From Micavibrio aeruginosavorus (lineage in GTDB: Bacteria > Pseudomonadota > Alphaproteobacteria > Micavibrionales > Micavibrionaceae): a stretch of 32,000 bases of DNA. Of this stretch, positions 1 to 7,665 are shown one piece after another (the first letter of the stretch is position 1; each line of letters starts with the position of its first letter). Below the pieces are notes generated by a model, which searched no databases, had not been told where the DNA came from, and was given only the letters and a program-made list of their open reading frames with translations. A program made the position numbers and the translations under genes. Where the stretch lies: NCBI RefSeq assembly GCF_051245535.1, contig NZ_CP195303.1, forward strand, positions 64,656 to 96,655, written 5' to 3'.

Positions 1-168
1 AACGACCCGAATAAATATCCGCGCGAAGTGTCGTACGAATTGTTCCGCCGTGGATTGATGGTGCGGTATACGGGGCCGAATTTGTATCTGTCCCCGCCAC
101 TGATCATCAACGAAAACCACATGGACCAGATTGTGACAACGATCAAGGATGTGTTGAAGACGTTGTAA
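1..168 (+). CDS. 3' end of a class-III (omega) aminotransferase-like gene; partial, 5' end lies outside the window
   Basis: Frame 1 is open from base 1 to TAA at 166-168. It translates to ...YELFRRGLMVRYTGPNLYLSPPLIINENHMDQIVTTIKDVLKTL, which resembles the C-terminal LSPPL(I/V)I... segment of PLP aminotransferases. A hairpin terminator follows. Confidence 0.5.
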   Translation, partial: NDPNKYPREVSYELFRRGLMVRYTGPNLYLSPPLIINENHMDQIVTTIKDVLKTL

Positions 169-184
169 TTCATTTTAAAAAGAA

Positions 185-225
185 ACCCGCGCAACAGGCC
201 ATGCTTCCTGTGCGCGGGTTTTTTT
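185..225. terminator. Bidirectional rho-independent terminator between convergent genes
   Basis: Stem ACCCGCGCA (185-193) pairs with TGCGCGGGT (211-219). It has an A-run upstream and a T-run downstream. It lies between the stop at 166-168 (+) and the stop of the minus-strand ORF ending at 242. Confidence 0.7.
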
Positions 226-241
226 ATTCAAGGCTGGAACC

Positions 242-562
242 TTATGGGCCGCTGCCCGGTGTGGGCGGTGTTGGGGCCGTGGCGCCGAACATTTGTTCGT
301 TATCGGCTTTGTATTTATACGGAACTGTTTCATCCCCTTTGGGGGCCAGTCCGCCGCCCGGCGTGGCGCGGATAACGGCCCCGGCGGCCCGTGTTTCAAT
401 GGCGGCTGTAATCAAATCCACATGACCGTGCTGCAGCCCGTGCCCAATGCGGTTGGCAAGGACGTCGATTTGTTCCGTTGGCTTGCCGACGACGGTGGCG
501 GTGGCGGCCCCTGTCTCTGCAATCTGGCCTGCGGCTGCGCCGCTAAAATGATGTCTACCCAT
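242..562 (-). CDS. Hypothetical protein (106 aa), Gly/Ala-rich
   Basis: ORF-track entry. AGGAGG Shine-Dalgarno just upstream of the ATG (reverse complement of 563-580). Sits 12 nt downstream of the stop of the 85-aa ORF, so probably an operon. No family recognised. Confidence 0.55.
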   Translation of the reverse strand: MGRHHFSGAAAGQIAETGAATATVVGKPTEQIDVLANRIGHGLQHGHVDLITAAIETRAAGAVIRATPGGGLAPKGDETVPYKYKADNEQMFGATAPTPPTPGSGP

Positions 563-574
563 ATCGTCCTCCTA

Positions 575-832
575 TTAACGGACGTTGATTTCAATGAAGG
601 TCGGCGTTTGGAAGCTGACCGGATATTTTTTCAATTCCTTTGCCGGCAAGTCACGCCCGCTCAGGCCCGCTTTGACCTCAATCCGCACTTTCTCCGGATC
701 GCGCCAGTCATAGACGACGCAGTGGCTTTTGAACTCGCCCGACTGGCGGCATTGTTTGACAACGCGCTTGCCGGGGTACAGCGGTTCATCCAGCCCTGCC
801 TTTTGCAGGATTTCCTGAATGTTGACTTGCAT
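575..832 (-). CDS. Hypothetical protein (85 aa)
   Basis: ORF-track entry. GAGGTG SD-like motif upstream of the ATG on the minus strand. The overlapping 206-aa plus-strand ORF (293-913) translates to implausible sequence. Confidence 0.55.
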   Translation of the reverse strand: MQVNIQEILQKAGLDEPLYPGKRVVKQCRQSGEFKSHCVVYDWRDPEKVRIEVKAGLSGRDLPAKELKKYPVSFQTPTFIEINVR

Positions 833-1063
833 GGTGACACCTCTTCTTCTTTTACCATGGCCCTTATTTATGGCCGTTTTCCGTTCTGGTTCCCGGATTA
901 TTTTCCGGAATGATTGAGCCTATAATGTCCTCAAAGGCTTAAAAGGGGGTTAACATAACGACAATCTTTGGAGAGGGGCGTTTTTCCGCCTTTTTTATGC
1001 ATTTCCATGTGGGGGAATTTCCATCCCGGCGCCCGTGCTGATATAATCGGGATGCAGGTTTTT

Positions 1064-1693
1064 ATGAGGGGATTATCCATGGCGGCGTGCGCATCGAATT
1101 ATCGTTTTTTCGTGACGGCTCTGGTTGTGGCGGTGTTGACCGCCACCGGCCCGGTCTGGGCCCAAACGGCCAAGAACAGCGGCACCACCAGCAGCGGTGC
1201 CGTTTATAACAGCACCAAGTCCAGCGGTGACACCGCGGCCCCGACGGGCGGCGTTTATAATTCGTCGAAAAAAGAAAGCGCGGCGACGCCGTTATTTACC
1301 AAGCGCGAAACGGCGGGGGCTTTGCCGCCGGGTATGCCGACCGGAAAATCTTACGGCATGAAGGGCACGCAGGTGACCAAGCCCACAGACCCCGATAAAC
1401 TGTACAAGGATAATCAGGCCGCGAAAGCCGCACAGGCCCAGCAGAACGCGAGTGAGCGCAGCGCGCGGGCCGCACAGATTAAAGCCCAGTTTGAAGCGCA
1501 AATGAAACAGGCGCAAAAAAAGGCGGAGCAAGCCGGTGCCAGCGCGGGCGGTGCAACGGCAACCACAGCGCAGGCCCAGGCGCAAACCAATCCGGCGGAC
1601 CCGTATAACGGGGCCAATGTGGTTTTCACCAACCCCCGGGCGGAGAAGGACAAGGCCGACGCGCCGCGCAAATTGTTCAATTCATCGCGCTGA
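1064..1693 (+). CDS. Secreted low-complexity protein (Ala/Gln/Lys-rich)
   Basis: ORF 968-1693. Internal ATGs at 1064/1079 precede a signal-peptide-like segment, FFVTALVVAVLTATGPVWA|Q. The rest is repetitive: SSGAVYNS.. / TGGVYNS.. and AQ/KA-rich stretches. Start codon is uncertain. Confidence 0.5.
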   Translation: MRGLSMAACASNYRFFVTALVVAVLTATGPVWAQTAKNSGTTSSGAVYNSTKSSGDTAAPTGGVYNSSKKESAATPLFTKRETAGALPPGMPTGKSYGMKGTQVTKPTDPDKLYKDNQAAKAAQAQQNASERSARAAQIKAQFEAQMKQAQKKAEQAGASAGGATATTAQAQAQTNPADPYNGANVVFTNPRAEKDKADAPRKLFNSSR

Positions 1694-1711
1694 TCCGTTT
1701 GCATTCTTTCT

Positions 1712-2542
1712 GTGTCGATTGATCCTTCATTGTTGATGGTTTGGGGACCGCTCTTGGCGCTGCTGGGGGCGGTTTCCGGTTTTCTGGCCGGGCTGTTGGG
1801 CATTGGCGGGGGCATCGTTCTGGTGCCGGGGTTGTATTTCATGTTTGCGGCGTTGGGGTTTGCGCCGGACCATTTGATGCATGTCGCGGTGGGCACATCG
1901 CTGGCCGTGATTATTCCGACGGGTCTGTCATCCGTTCGCGCCCATGCGCGGCGGGGCGGTGTGCGGATCGATCTGGTCAAATCGATCGGCGTCGGAATTG
2001 TGGTTGGTGTTTTGATCGGCACCGTGATTGCGGATTATATATCCGGCCAATCGTTGAAAATGGTTTTTGCTTTTGCACTGGCCGTTCTGGCCATGATCAT
2101 GCTTGTCGATCCGCGCCGGACCACGGTGTGGAATGATGTGCCGGGCCAGCCGTGGCGCACATTGGCGGGGGCTGTGATCGGGTGCTTATCAACCTTGATG
2201 GGCATTGGCGGCGCAACGGTCAGCGTGCCCTTTATGACCATGGGGCGTGTGGATATGCGCCAAGCGGTGGGAACGGCATCGGCGTTGGGGCTGGTGATTG
2301 CAATTCCGGCGATGGTGGGGTTCATCCTGATCGGCTGGGCCGCGCCGGACCGCCCACCGTTCAGCTTTGGATACGTGAATATGCTGGCCGCTATTCTGAT
2401 CATTCCGATGGCGGTCGCCTTTGCGCCATTGGGTGCGCGTGTGGCGCATGCCATTCCAACCGATATGTTGCGGCGGGTTTTTGCCGTGTTCCTGATAATC
2501 GTGGCCGCCCGGATGATGATGGATGTTTTCAACCTATCGTGA
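1712..2542 (+). CDS. TSUP/TauE-SafE (DUF81) family anion-export permease
   Basis: 276 aa, polytopic. Both halves carry the GxxxGxLGIGGG motif typical of the family (GFLAGLLGIGGGIVLVP and LSTLMGIGGATVSVP). Confidence 0.85.
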   Translation: MSIDPSLLMVWGPLLALLGAVSGFLAGLLGIGGGIVLVPGLYFMFAALGFAPDHLMHVAVGTSLAVIIPTGLSSVRAHARRGGVRIDLVKSIGVGIVVGVLIGTVIADYISGQSLKMVFAFALAVLAMIMLVDPRRTTVWNDVPGQPWRTLAGAVIGCLSTLMGIGGATVSVPFMTMGRVDMRQAVGTASALGLVIAIPAMVGFILIGWAAPDRPPFSFGYVNMLAAILIIPMAVAFAPLGARVAHAIPTDMLRRVFAVFLIIVAARMMMDVFNLS

Positions 2543-3800
2543 TGTGCAATGCGCGGCGTTGTGCGCCGCCATTCTGGTCTACGCCCTGTGGGGCGAGCCA
2601 ACGCCGCCCGTTTTTGGCTGGACGGAGATGGTGGTGGGCGTGTTGCTGGCCGTGGCGGTTGGGTTTCGGTCCTTTGCGCGGGCGGTTACGCCCGTGCGCG
2701 GTGATCCGCACCCCTTCTGGTTTCGGGCGGGGCAAATCTTCCTTCTGTATGGATTAAGCGTGCCGTTGGTGGGCGCGGTGATGGTTGGGGCCAGCCCCGG
2801 GAATATCGTGCGCGATGTGGTACCGTTCCTGTTTATGCTGTTGCCCGTGTTTATGATTGATGTCGTACGCGACCGCGTGCGGTGGCATTTTATTGTTACG
2901 GCCTGTGTTGTCGCGCTTGGTGTTCTCTTTGCCGCGCGTGTTGTCGCGCCTTTGGTTCTGGCCAATGCTGGCATCGATCACGCGGCGCAACTGGGCCTGA
3001 ATATGAGCGGGCAGGACCCGCGCCGTCTGGCCAACGCGCCGAGCGTTTTGTTCGCCGCGATGGCCATGCTGGGCGTTGCGGGTGTGATGATCACCCGGCG
3101 GGTCAATGTGAACAGCGTGATCGTCGCCGCGACGCTGGCGGCTCTGGCCTTGGTTCCGCTGGCGGCCATGGCGCTGGTGTTGCAACGGGCGTCATTGGGC
3201 TTGCTGGCGCTGGGTGTGGTTTTCTGGATCGGCATTGGCATCGTCAAAAAACCGCGCCGCATGGTGGTGCCGTTGCTGGGGCTGGCGGTGTTGTGTCTGG
3301 CGGTGTGGGCCCCCTTATCCGATGTGGTGGCCGGGCTGGCCCACAAAAATGTGATGGTTGGGGCCAATATGCGGTGGCAGGAAGCCGCCGCCGTGCGGGA
3401 CGCCTTGCATGGAATTGGGGCCGTCCTGTTCGGGAACGGGTGGGGGGCGACCGTTCAATCCCCGGCGGTGGGGGACAGCGTCGTTACATTTACCCACAAC
3501 CTTGGCACGACGTTATGGCTCAAATCCGGGCTGATCGGGGTCGGGCTGGGGCTGGCCTATTTTGGGGGCTTGGCCCTTGCTTTGATACGGTTTTTGCCGG
3601 TTCATCCGATTTTGGCCGTGGCGCTGGGCGCGCCCATGGTGATCGACTATCTGCTCTATGCCAGCTTTAAGTCATTGGATTTCGGTCTTATTTTGCTTCT
3701 GGCCGCGCTGTACAGCGCCCGGACCGCAGCCGCGGCCCCCGGTGGACAGCCCGGCAATCCTGTTGTATTCAAAACCATACCCAATAACGCAGATTTTTAA
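2523..3800 (+). CDS. Polytopic membrane protein, O-antigen ligase/polymerase (Wzy)-like
   Basis: 425 aa with about 10 or more hydrophobic segments and one larger loop (RWQEAAAVRDALHG..). Sits in a glycosyltransferase/export cluster. Start is uncertain: ATG 2523 overlaps the upstream gene by 20 nt, and GTG 2544 or ATG 2628 are alternatives. Confidence 0.55.
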   Translation: MFSTYRDVQCAALCAAILVYALWGEPTPPVFGWTEMVVGVLLAVAVGFRSFARAVTPVRGDPHPFWFRAGQIFLLYGLSVPLVGAVMVGASPGNIVRDVVPFLFMLLPVFMIDVVRDRVRWHFIVTACVVALGVLFAARVVAPLVLANAGIDHAAQLGLNMSGQDPRRLANAPSVLFAAMAMLGVAGVMITRRVNVNSVIVAATLAALALVPLAAMALVLQRASLGLLALGVVFWIGIGIVKKPRRMVVPLLGLAVLCLAVWAPLSDVVAGLAHKNVMVGANMRWQEAAAVRDALHGIGAVLFGNGWGATVQSPAVGDSVVTFTHNLGTTLWLKSGLIGVGLGLAYFGGLALALIRFLPVHPILAVALGAPMVIDYLLYASFKSLDFGLILLLAALYSARTAAAAPGGQPGNPVVFKTIPNNADF

Positions 3801-3810
3801 TGATTTCGGT

Positions 3811-5142
3811 ATGAGCAGACCGTCCGTCATATTTTTCAACCGTGTGTACCCCTCGGACCGGGGGGCGACGGGTCGTGTCCTGCGCGATCTGGCGCGGGCG
3901 ATGGCGCGTGATGGGTGGGCGGTAACGGTGGTGACGACCGCCGCCGTGGCGCGCGAAGACCGCGACGGCGATGTGCGTGTGATCCGTCTGAAATCGAATA
4001 CAAAATCCCGCAATCTGTTCACTTATGGTGCGGCCTGGGTGCGCATGATGATTGCGGGTTTGAAATTACCGCGCCCCGATTTGATTGTCACCATGACCGA
4101 TCCGCCGATGATGGTGGTTGCGGGTGGCATCATGGCGCGCGTGCGCAAAACCAAACATATTCATTGGTGTCAGGATTTGTATCCTGACCTCCTGCCCTCC
4201 ATCGGCATCCGCCTGCCGGATTTTATGATGAGTGGTTTGAGCGCGCTGTCCTTCCACGCGATGCGCCGCTGTGAAAAAATTATCGTCATTGGGCGATGCA
4301 TGGCGCGACAATTGACCAAGACCGGACTGGATCCGAAACGCATTGCGGTTATTCCCAACTGGCCGGACTATGAATTAACGCGCAATGTGACGGATGCGAT
4401 GAACGAAGCGGCGGTTGAGGCGGATGCGTCCATCCCCGCCAAACCGTTCGAAGAATTGTTTAAGGATGATGGCGCCCCGAAATTCCGCGTTCTGTATGCC
4501 GGAACGATTGGCCGGGCGCACCCGATTCATACCATTGTCGATGCCGCCGCGATTTTACAGCACCAATGCCCGGATATTGAATTTGTGTTCGTGGGTGATG
4601 GCCCGGGGCTGGACCGTCTGGCGCATGAACGGGCGCGTCGGGGCTTGGAAAATATCCGCCTGCTGCCGCGCCAGCCGAACCGCCGCCTGCGCCCGCTGAT
4701 GGAAAGCGGTGATGTTCATATCATTTCAATGAAACATGATGCGGCCGGGTTGCTGGTGCCATCCAAACTTTATTCTGCGCTGGCCGTTGGTCGCCCGTGC
4801 GTGTTCGTCGGCCCGATGAACAGCGAAGTGGCCAAGGTTATTTCCGATTTCCATGCCGGTGCCGTCGTGGCCCAGGGTGAACCGGAAACATTGGCGCAAA
4901 CCATCCTGACCCTGCGCATGGATGGGAACGCATGGCACAATGCCCATGATGGCTCGGCGCAGGCCGGGCGCATTTTCGTCCCGTCCGAATCCATCAATGC
5001 GTGGATCAAACGCGCCCGTGATGTGATTGGCCGCCCGTTAACGCCGCCATCGGCCAAGCCAAAGGTTACCGTGCCCGCAGCCGCGGCGCAGGATAATGCG
5101 GTTCAACAGCCCCCATCCGTGACCATTCACGCAGCCGAGTAA
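3811..5142 (+). CDS. Family 4 (GT-B) glycosyltransferase
   Basis: The in-frame ATG at 3811 gives MSRPSVIFFNRVYPSDRGATGRVLRDLARAMARDGWAVTVVT, a typical GT4 N-terminus. The C-terminal half has the E..G......PSKLYSALA-type nucleotide-sugar-binding region. The ORF extends upstream to 3658, but that part overlaps the preceding gene. Confidence 0.85.
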   Translation: MSRPSVIFFNRVYPSDRGATGRVLRDLARAMARDGWAVTVVTTAAVAREDRDGDVRVIRLKSNTKSRNLFTYGAAWVRMMIAGLKLPRPDLIVTMTDPPMMVVAGGIMARVRKTKHIHWCQDLYPDLLPSIGIRLPDFMMSGLSALSFHAMRRCEKIIVIGRCMARQLTKTGLDPKRIAVIPNWPDYELTRNVTDAMNEAAVEADASIPAKPFEELFKDDGAPKFRVLYAGTIGRAHPIHTIVDAAAILQHQCPDIEFVFVGDGPGLDRLAHERARRGLENIRLLPRQPNRRLRPLMESGDVHIISMKHDAAGLLVPSKLYSALAVGRPCVFVGPMNSEVAKVISDFHAGAVVAQGEPETLAQTILTLRMDGNAWHNAHDGSAQAGRIFVPSESINAWIKRARDVIGRPLTPPSAKPKVTVPAAAAQDNAVQQPPSVTIHAAE

Positions 5143-5145
5143 TTC

Positions 5146-6006
5146 ATGTCCACACACAGCCAGACCATGATTGCCCCGGAACCCGATCTGATCGATCTGT
5201 TGCGCGGGTGGTGGCGTTTGCGCGGATGGATCATGGCGGGCATGGTTGCCGGTTTGCTGGCGGCCTTTGTCTTTCTGGCGCTGGCCGTGCCGCAATACCG
5301 GGTCGGCATGCTGATCGCCCCGGCGGATCGCGGGACGGGCACGGATATCAAGGCCTTGCTGCCCGATAACGCGACCTTTGCCCTGCAATATCTGGCCAGT
5401 TCAATCGGGGCGCAGGATACGACCGATTTCTCCCGGCTGGAAAACATCATGCGCGGGGGTGACGTGGCCGCGATTGTTATGAAGAACAAGGATGTGGCGG
5501 ATGGCGTGCGGGCATCGCGGTCTTTGCGTATTTCCACGGGGGCCGACATTCGTGATCCGGCGGAATTGGCCGATTGGATGGCGCGTGCGATTAAAATTGA
5601 ACCCGTAGGCACCACCACAATGCGCCGTGTTGTTCTGAACCATCCGGACCGGGAATGGGCGACCGGTTTTTTGACTCTGGTGCATGATGCGGCGGACCGT
5701 TTGATCCGCAATGACGTGCGCACACGCGCCGATGCGCGTTCGGCCTATTTACAGGAGGCCCTGCGCCGCACCGATCATCCGGATCATCGCCGGGCGCTGA
5801 CCAATCTGCTGATGGAACAGGAACATGTCCGCATGATGCTGGCGATGGATGAATCCTTTGCCGCTGTCATTGCGGAATCGCCATCGGCCTCCGCCCGCGC
5901 GGTGTGGCCGCGTAAGTCTATTGTCCTGCCCGCTTTTGTCTTTGCGGGGGCTGTGCTCTTCTATTGTCTGGGGCTGATCTTCGGTCGCCGTGAACGCCAT
6001 GCCTGA
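5146..6006 (+). CDS. Wzz-like polysaccharide co-polymerase / chain-length determinant (no kinase domain)
   Basis: 286 aa. One N-terminal TM (WIMAGMVAGLLAAFVFLALAV), a soluble middle region and one C-terminal TM (VLPAFVFAGAVLFYCLGLIFG). This is PCP topology in a polysaccharide cluster. Starts 3 nt after the GT4 stop. Confidence 0.55.
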   Translation: MSTHSQTMIAPEPDLIDLLRGWWRLRGWIMAGMVAGLLAAFVFLALAVPQYRVGMLIAPADRGTGTDIKALLPDNATFALQYLASSIGAQDTTDFSRLENIMRGGDVAAIVMKNKDVADGVRASRSLRISTGADIRDPAELADWMARAIKIEPVGTTTMRRVVLNHPDREWATGFLTLVHDAADRLIRNDVRTRADARSAYLQEALRRTDHPDHRRALTNLLMEQEHVRMMLAMDESFAAVIAESPSASARAVWPRKSIVLPAFVFAGAVLFYCLGLIFGRRERHA

Positions 6007-6844
6007 CCATCCGGTCATTCCCGTCTCCGTTATTATCGTGACCAAGGGCGAGGGGGCCTCCCTATCGTCCACATTGGCCGCACTGGCACCCTTTGGTCAA
6101 ATCATCGTGGTCGATAGCGGCGGGGATGCCGCTACCTTTGCCGTGGCACAATCCTTTGGCGCGGACACGGTGGCCTATACATGGAATGGGGCATACCCGA
6201 AAAAACGGCAATGGTGTCTGGATCACGTGCCGTTGGCCCATGACTGGGTATTCTTTGTCGATGCCGATGAAATCGTAACACCGGAATTGACGCGCGCGAT
6301 TGCCGATCTGTTTTGCCATGAGGGGCCGTGTGCAGATGGGTATTTCGTGCGCGGGCGCTATGTCTGGGGCGGGCGGGTGCTGCGCTTTGGCCTGACCAAC
6401 AACAAGCTGGCGCTGTTTAACCGTCATGTCTTCATGTTCCCGGTTGTCGATGATCTGGGCCTGCCCGGCATGGGGGAGATCGAGGGGCATTACCAGCCCG
6501 TGGCGAAAAAACCGGACGCGCGGATTGGCGTTCTCGCTCCGATGCTGACCCATGACGCAGCGGCGGACCCGGCCCGGTGGTATGAACGGCATGAACGCTA
6601 CGCCCAATGGGAAGCGGGCATGAATGAACGCGGGGCGTGGCCCGCGGACCCTGTGGTCTGGCGGCATCGTTTAAAACGCGTCTTCCGTGCACTGCCCGCC
6701 CGCGGTGCCGTGGCGTTCTTATATTGCTATGTCTGGAAGTGCGGATTTTTGGATGGCTGGGCGGGATTTGATTTTGCCCGCGCCCGTGGCTGGTATTATC
6801 GCCGTATCGCGGCGTTATCGCGTCGGGCTTTCAACGCCCAATAA
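5999..6844 (+). CDS. Family 2 glycosyltransferase
   Basis: VSVIIVTKGEGASLSSTLAAL...IIVVDSGGDA...FFVDADE carries GT2 Rossmann-like and DxD signatures. ATG 5999 overlaps the upstream stop (6004-6006). The ORF-track start at 5990 is GTG. Confidence 0.8.
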   Translation: MPDHPVIPVSVIIVTKGEGASLSSTLAALAPFGQIIVVDSGGDAATFAVAQSFGADTVAYTWNGAYPKKRQWCLDHVPLAHDWVFFVDADEIVTPELTRAIADLFCHEGPCADGYFVRGRYVWGGRVLRFGLTNNKLALFNRHVFMFPVVDDLGLPGMGEIEGHYQPVAKKPDARIGVLAPMLTHDAAADPARWYERHERYAQWEAGMNERGAWPADPVVWRHRLKRVFRALPARGAVAFLYCYVWKCGFLDGWAGFDFARARGWYYRRIAALSRRAFNAQ

Positions 6845-7665
6845 AAAGACGGGCAGATCCGGCGGACGCCCATATTGATCATTTGCAATGTTTTTATGAC
6901 ACGGTTCCTGATGGGGCCAACCACGCCCAATTCGCGACGAATATCAAATTGCTCCCGCCGTCCGAGTGCGGTGCGGGTTTGGGATATGCCGCCATTGGCG
7001 AAAATGCAAAACGGGGCGGGCACATAATAAATCGCCCGTGTGGCCCCGAGCGTTTGTAAGGTCAGTTTATAATCCGCCGCGATTGTATACCGCGTGTCAT
7101 AGCGCATATCGCCGATGATAGCACGGGCATAAACCATGGCCTGATGATGGGTGAACATGCCCAGATCCACCTTGATAAAGGGGCGGGCGGCTTTATAGGC
7201 CATTTGCCCGTCGGGCCGTGTTTCCAGCGCGTCACCGTAAATAAATCCGGGGGGTGTGCTGGCCATGCTGATGAGTTGGGACAGGTTGCTGAGGACATTG
7301 TCATCGGCAAACTGGTCACCCCCATTCATGAAAATGATGTAATCTCCCGTGGCGCGGGCCAGGCCCTTGTTCATCGCGTCATACAGGCCCGCATCGGGTT
7401 CGCTGGTCCAGAGGATTGCATTTCCCCCAGGACCATTTTCTCTCCCCCCACCCAGCCTCCCCCCTTGCAAAGGGGGGAGGGTAGGGTGGGGGGATGAAGG
7501 GGTGTGGGAAGATAGATTTTGCAAATATGCCACCGTGCCATCATCCGATGCGCCGTCAATCACGATCCATTCGTAATCGGTGCAGGTTTGGGATTGAACG
7601 GACTTATGTGTGGCTTGTAACCCGGCCAGATCGTTGCGGGTGATGGTGATGATGCTGAACATCAT
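6796..7665 (-). CDS. Family 2 glycosyltransferase with an in-frame palindromic-repeat insertion
   Basis: FSIITITRNDLAGLQATHKSV...WIVIDGASDDGT...WTSEPDAGLYDAMNKG...IFMNGGD are classic GT2 motifs. The ATG at 7665 overlaps the TGA of the upstream export gene (TGATG). The ORF-track start at 7668 is TTG. Confidence 0.85.
   Translation of the reverse strand: MMFSIITITRNDLAGLQATHKSVQSQTCTDYEWIVIDGASDDGTVAYLQNLSSHTPSSPHPTLPPLQGGRLGGGRENGPGGNAILWTSEPDAGLYDAMNKGLARATGDYIIFMNGGDQFADDNVLSNLSQLISMASTPPGFIYGDALETRPDGQMAYKAARPFIKVDLGMFTHHQAMVYARAIIGDMRYDTRYTIAADYKLTLQTLGATRAIYYVPAPFCIFANGGISQTRTALGRREQFDIRRELGVVGPIRNRVIKTLQMINMGVRRICPSFYWALKARRDNAAIRR
7444..7493. repeat. 50-bp GC-rich imperfect palindrome (REP/RPE-like element) inside the GT2 coding sequence
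   Basis: CCCCCCACCC (7444-7453) pairs with GGGTGGGGGG (7484-7493). CCTCCCCCCTT (7456-7466) pairs with AAGGGGGGAGG (7470-7480) around a GCA loop. On the minus strand it encodes ...PTLPPLQGGRLGGG.... Confidence 0.8.

Noticed and set aside
293-913. 206-aa plus-strand ORF spanning the region of the two small minus-strand genes
   Set aside because: The translation is compositionally implausible (Cys/Gly/Phe-rich) and has no RBS. The two minus-strand ORFs each have a good Shine-Dalgarno sequence. It is a typical shadow ORF in GC-rich DNA.
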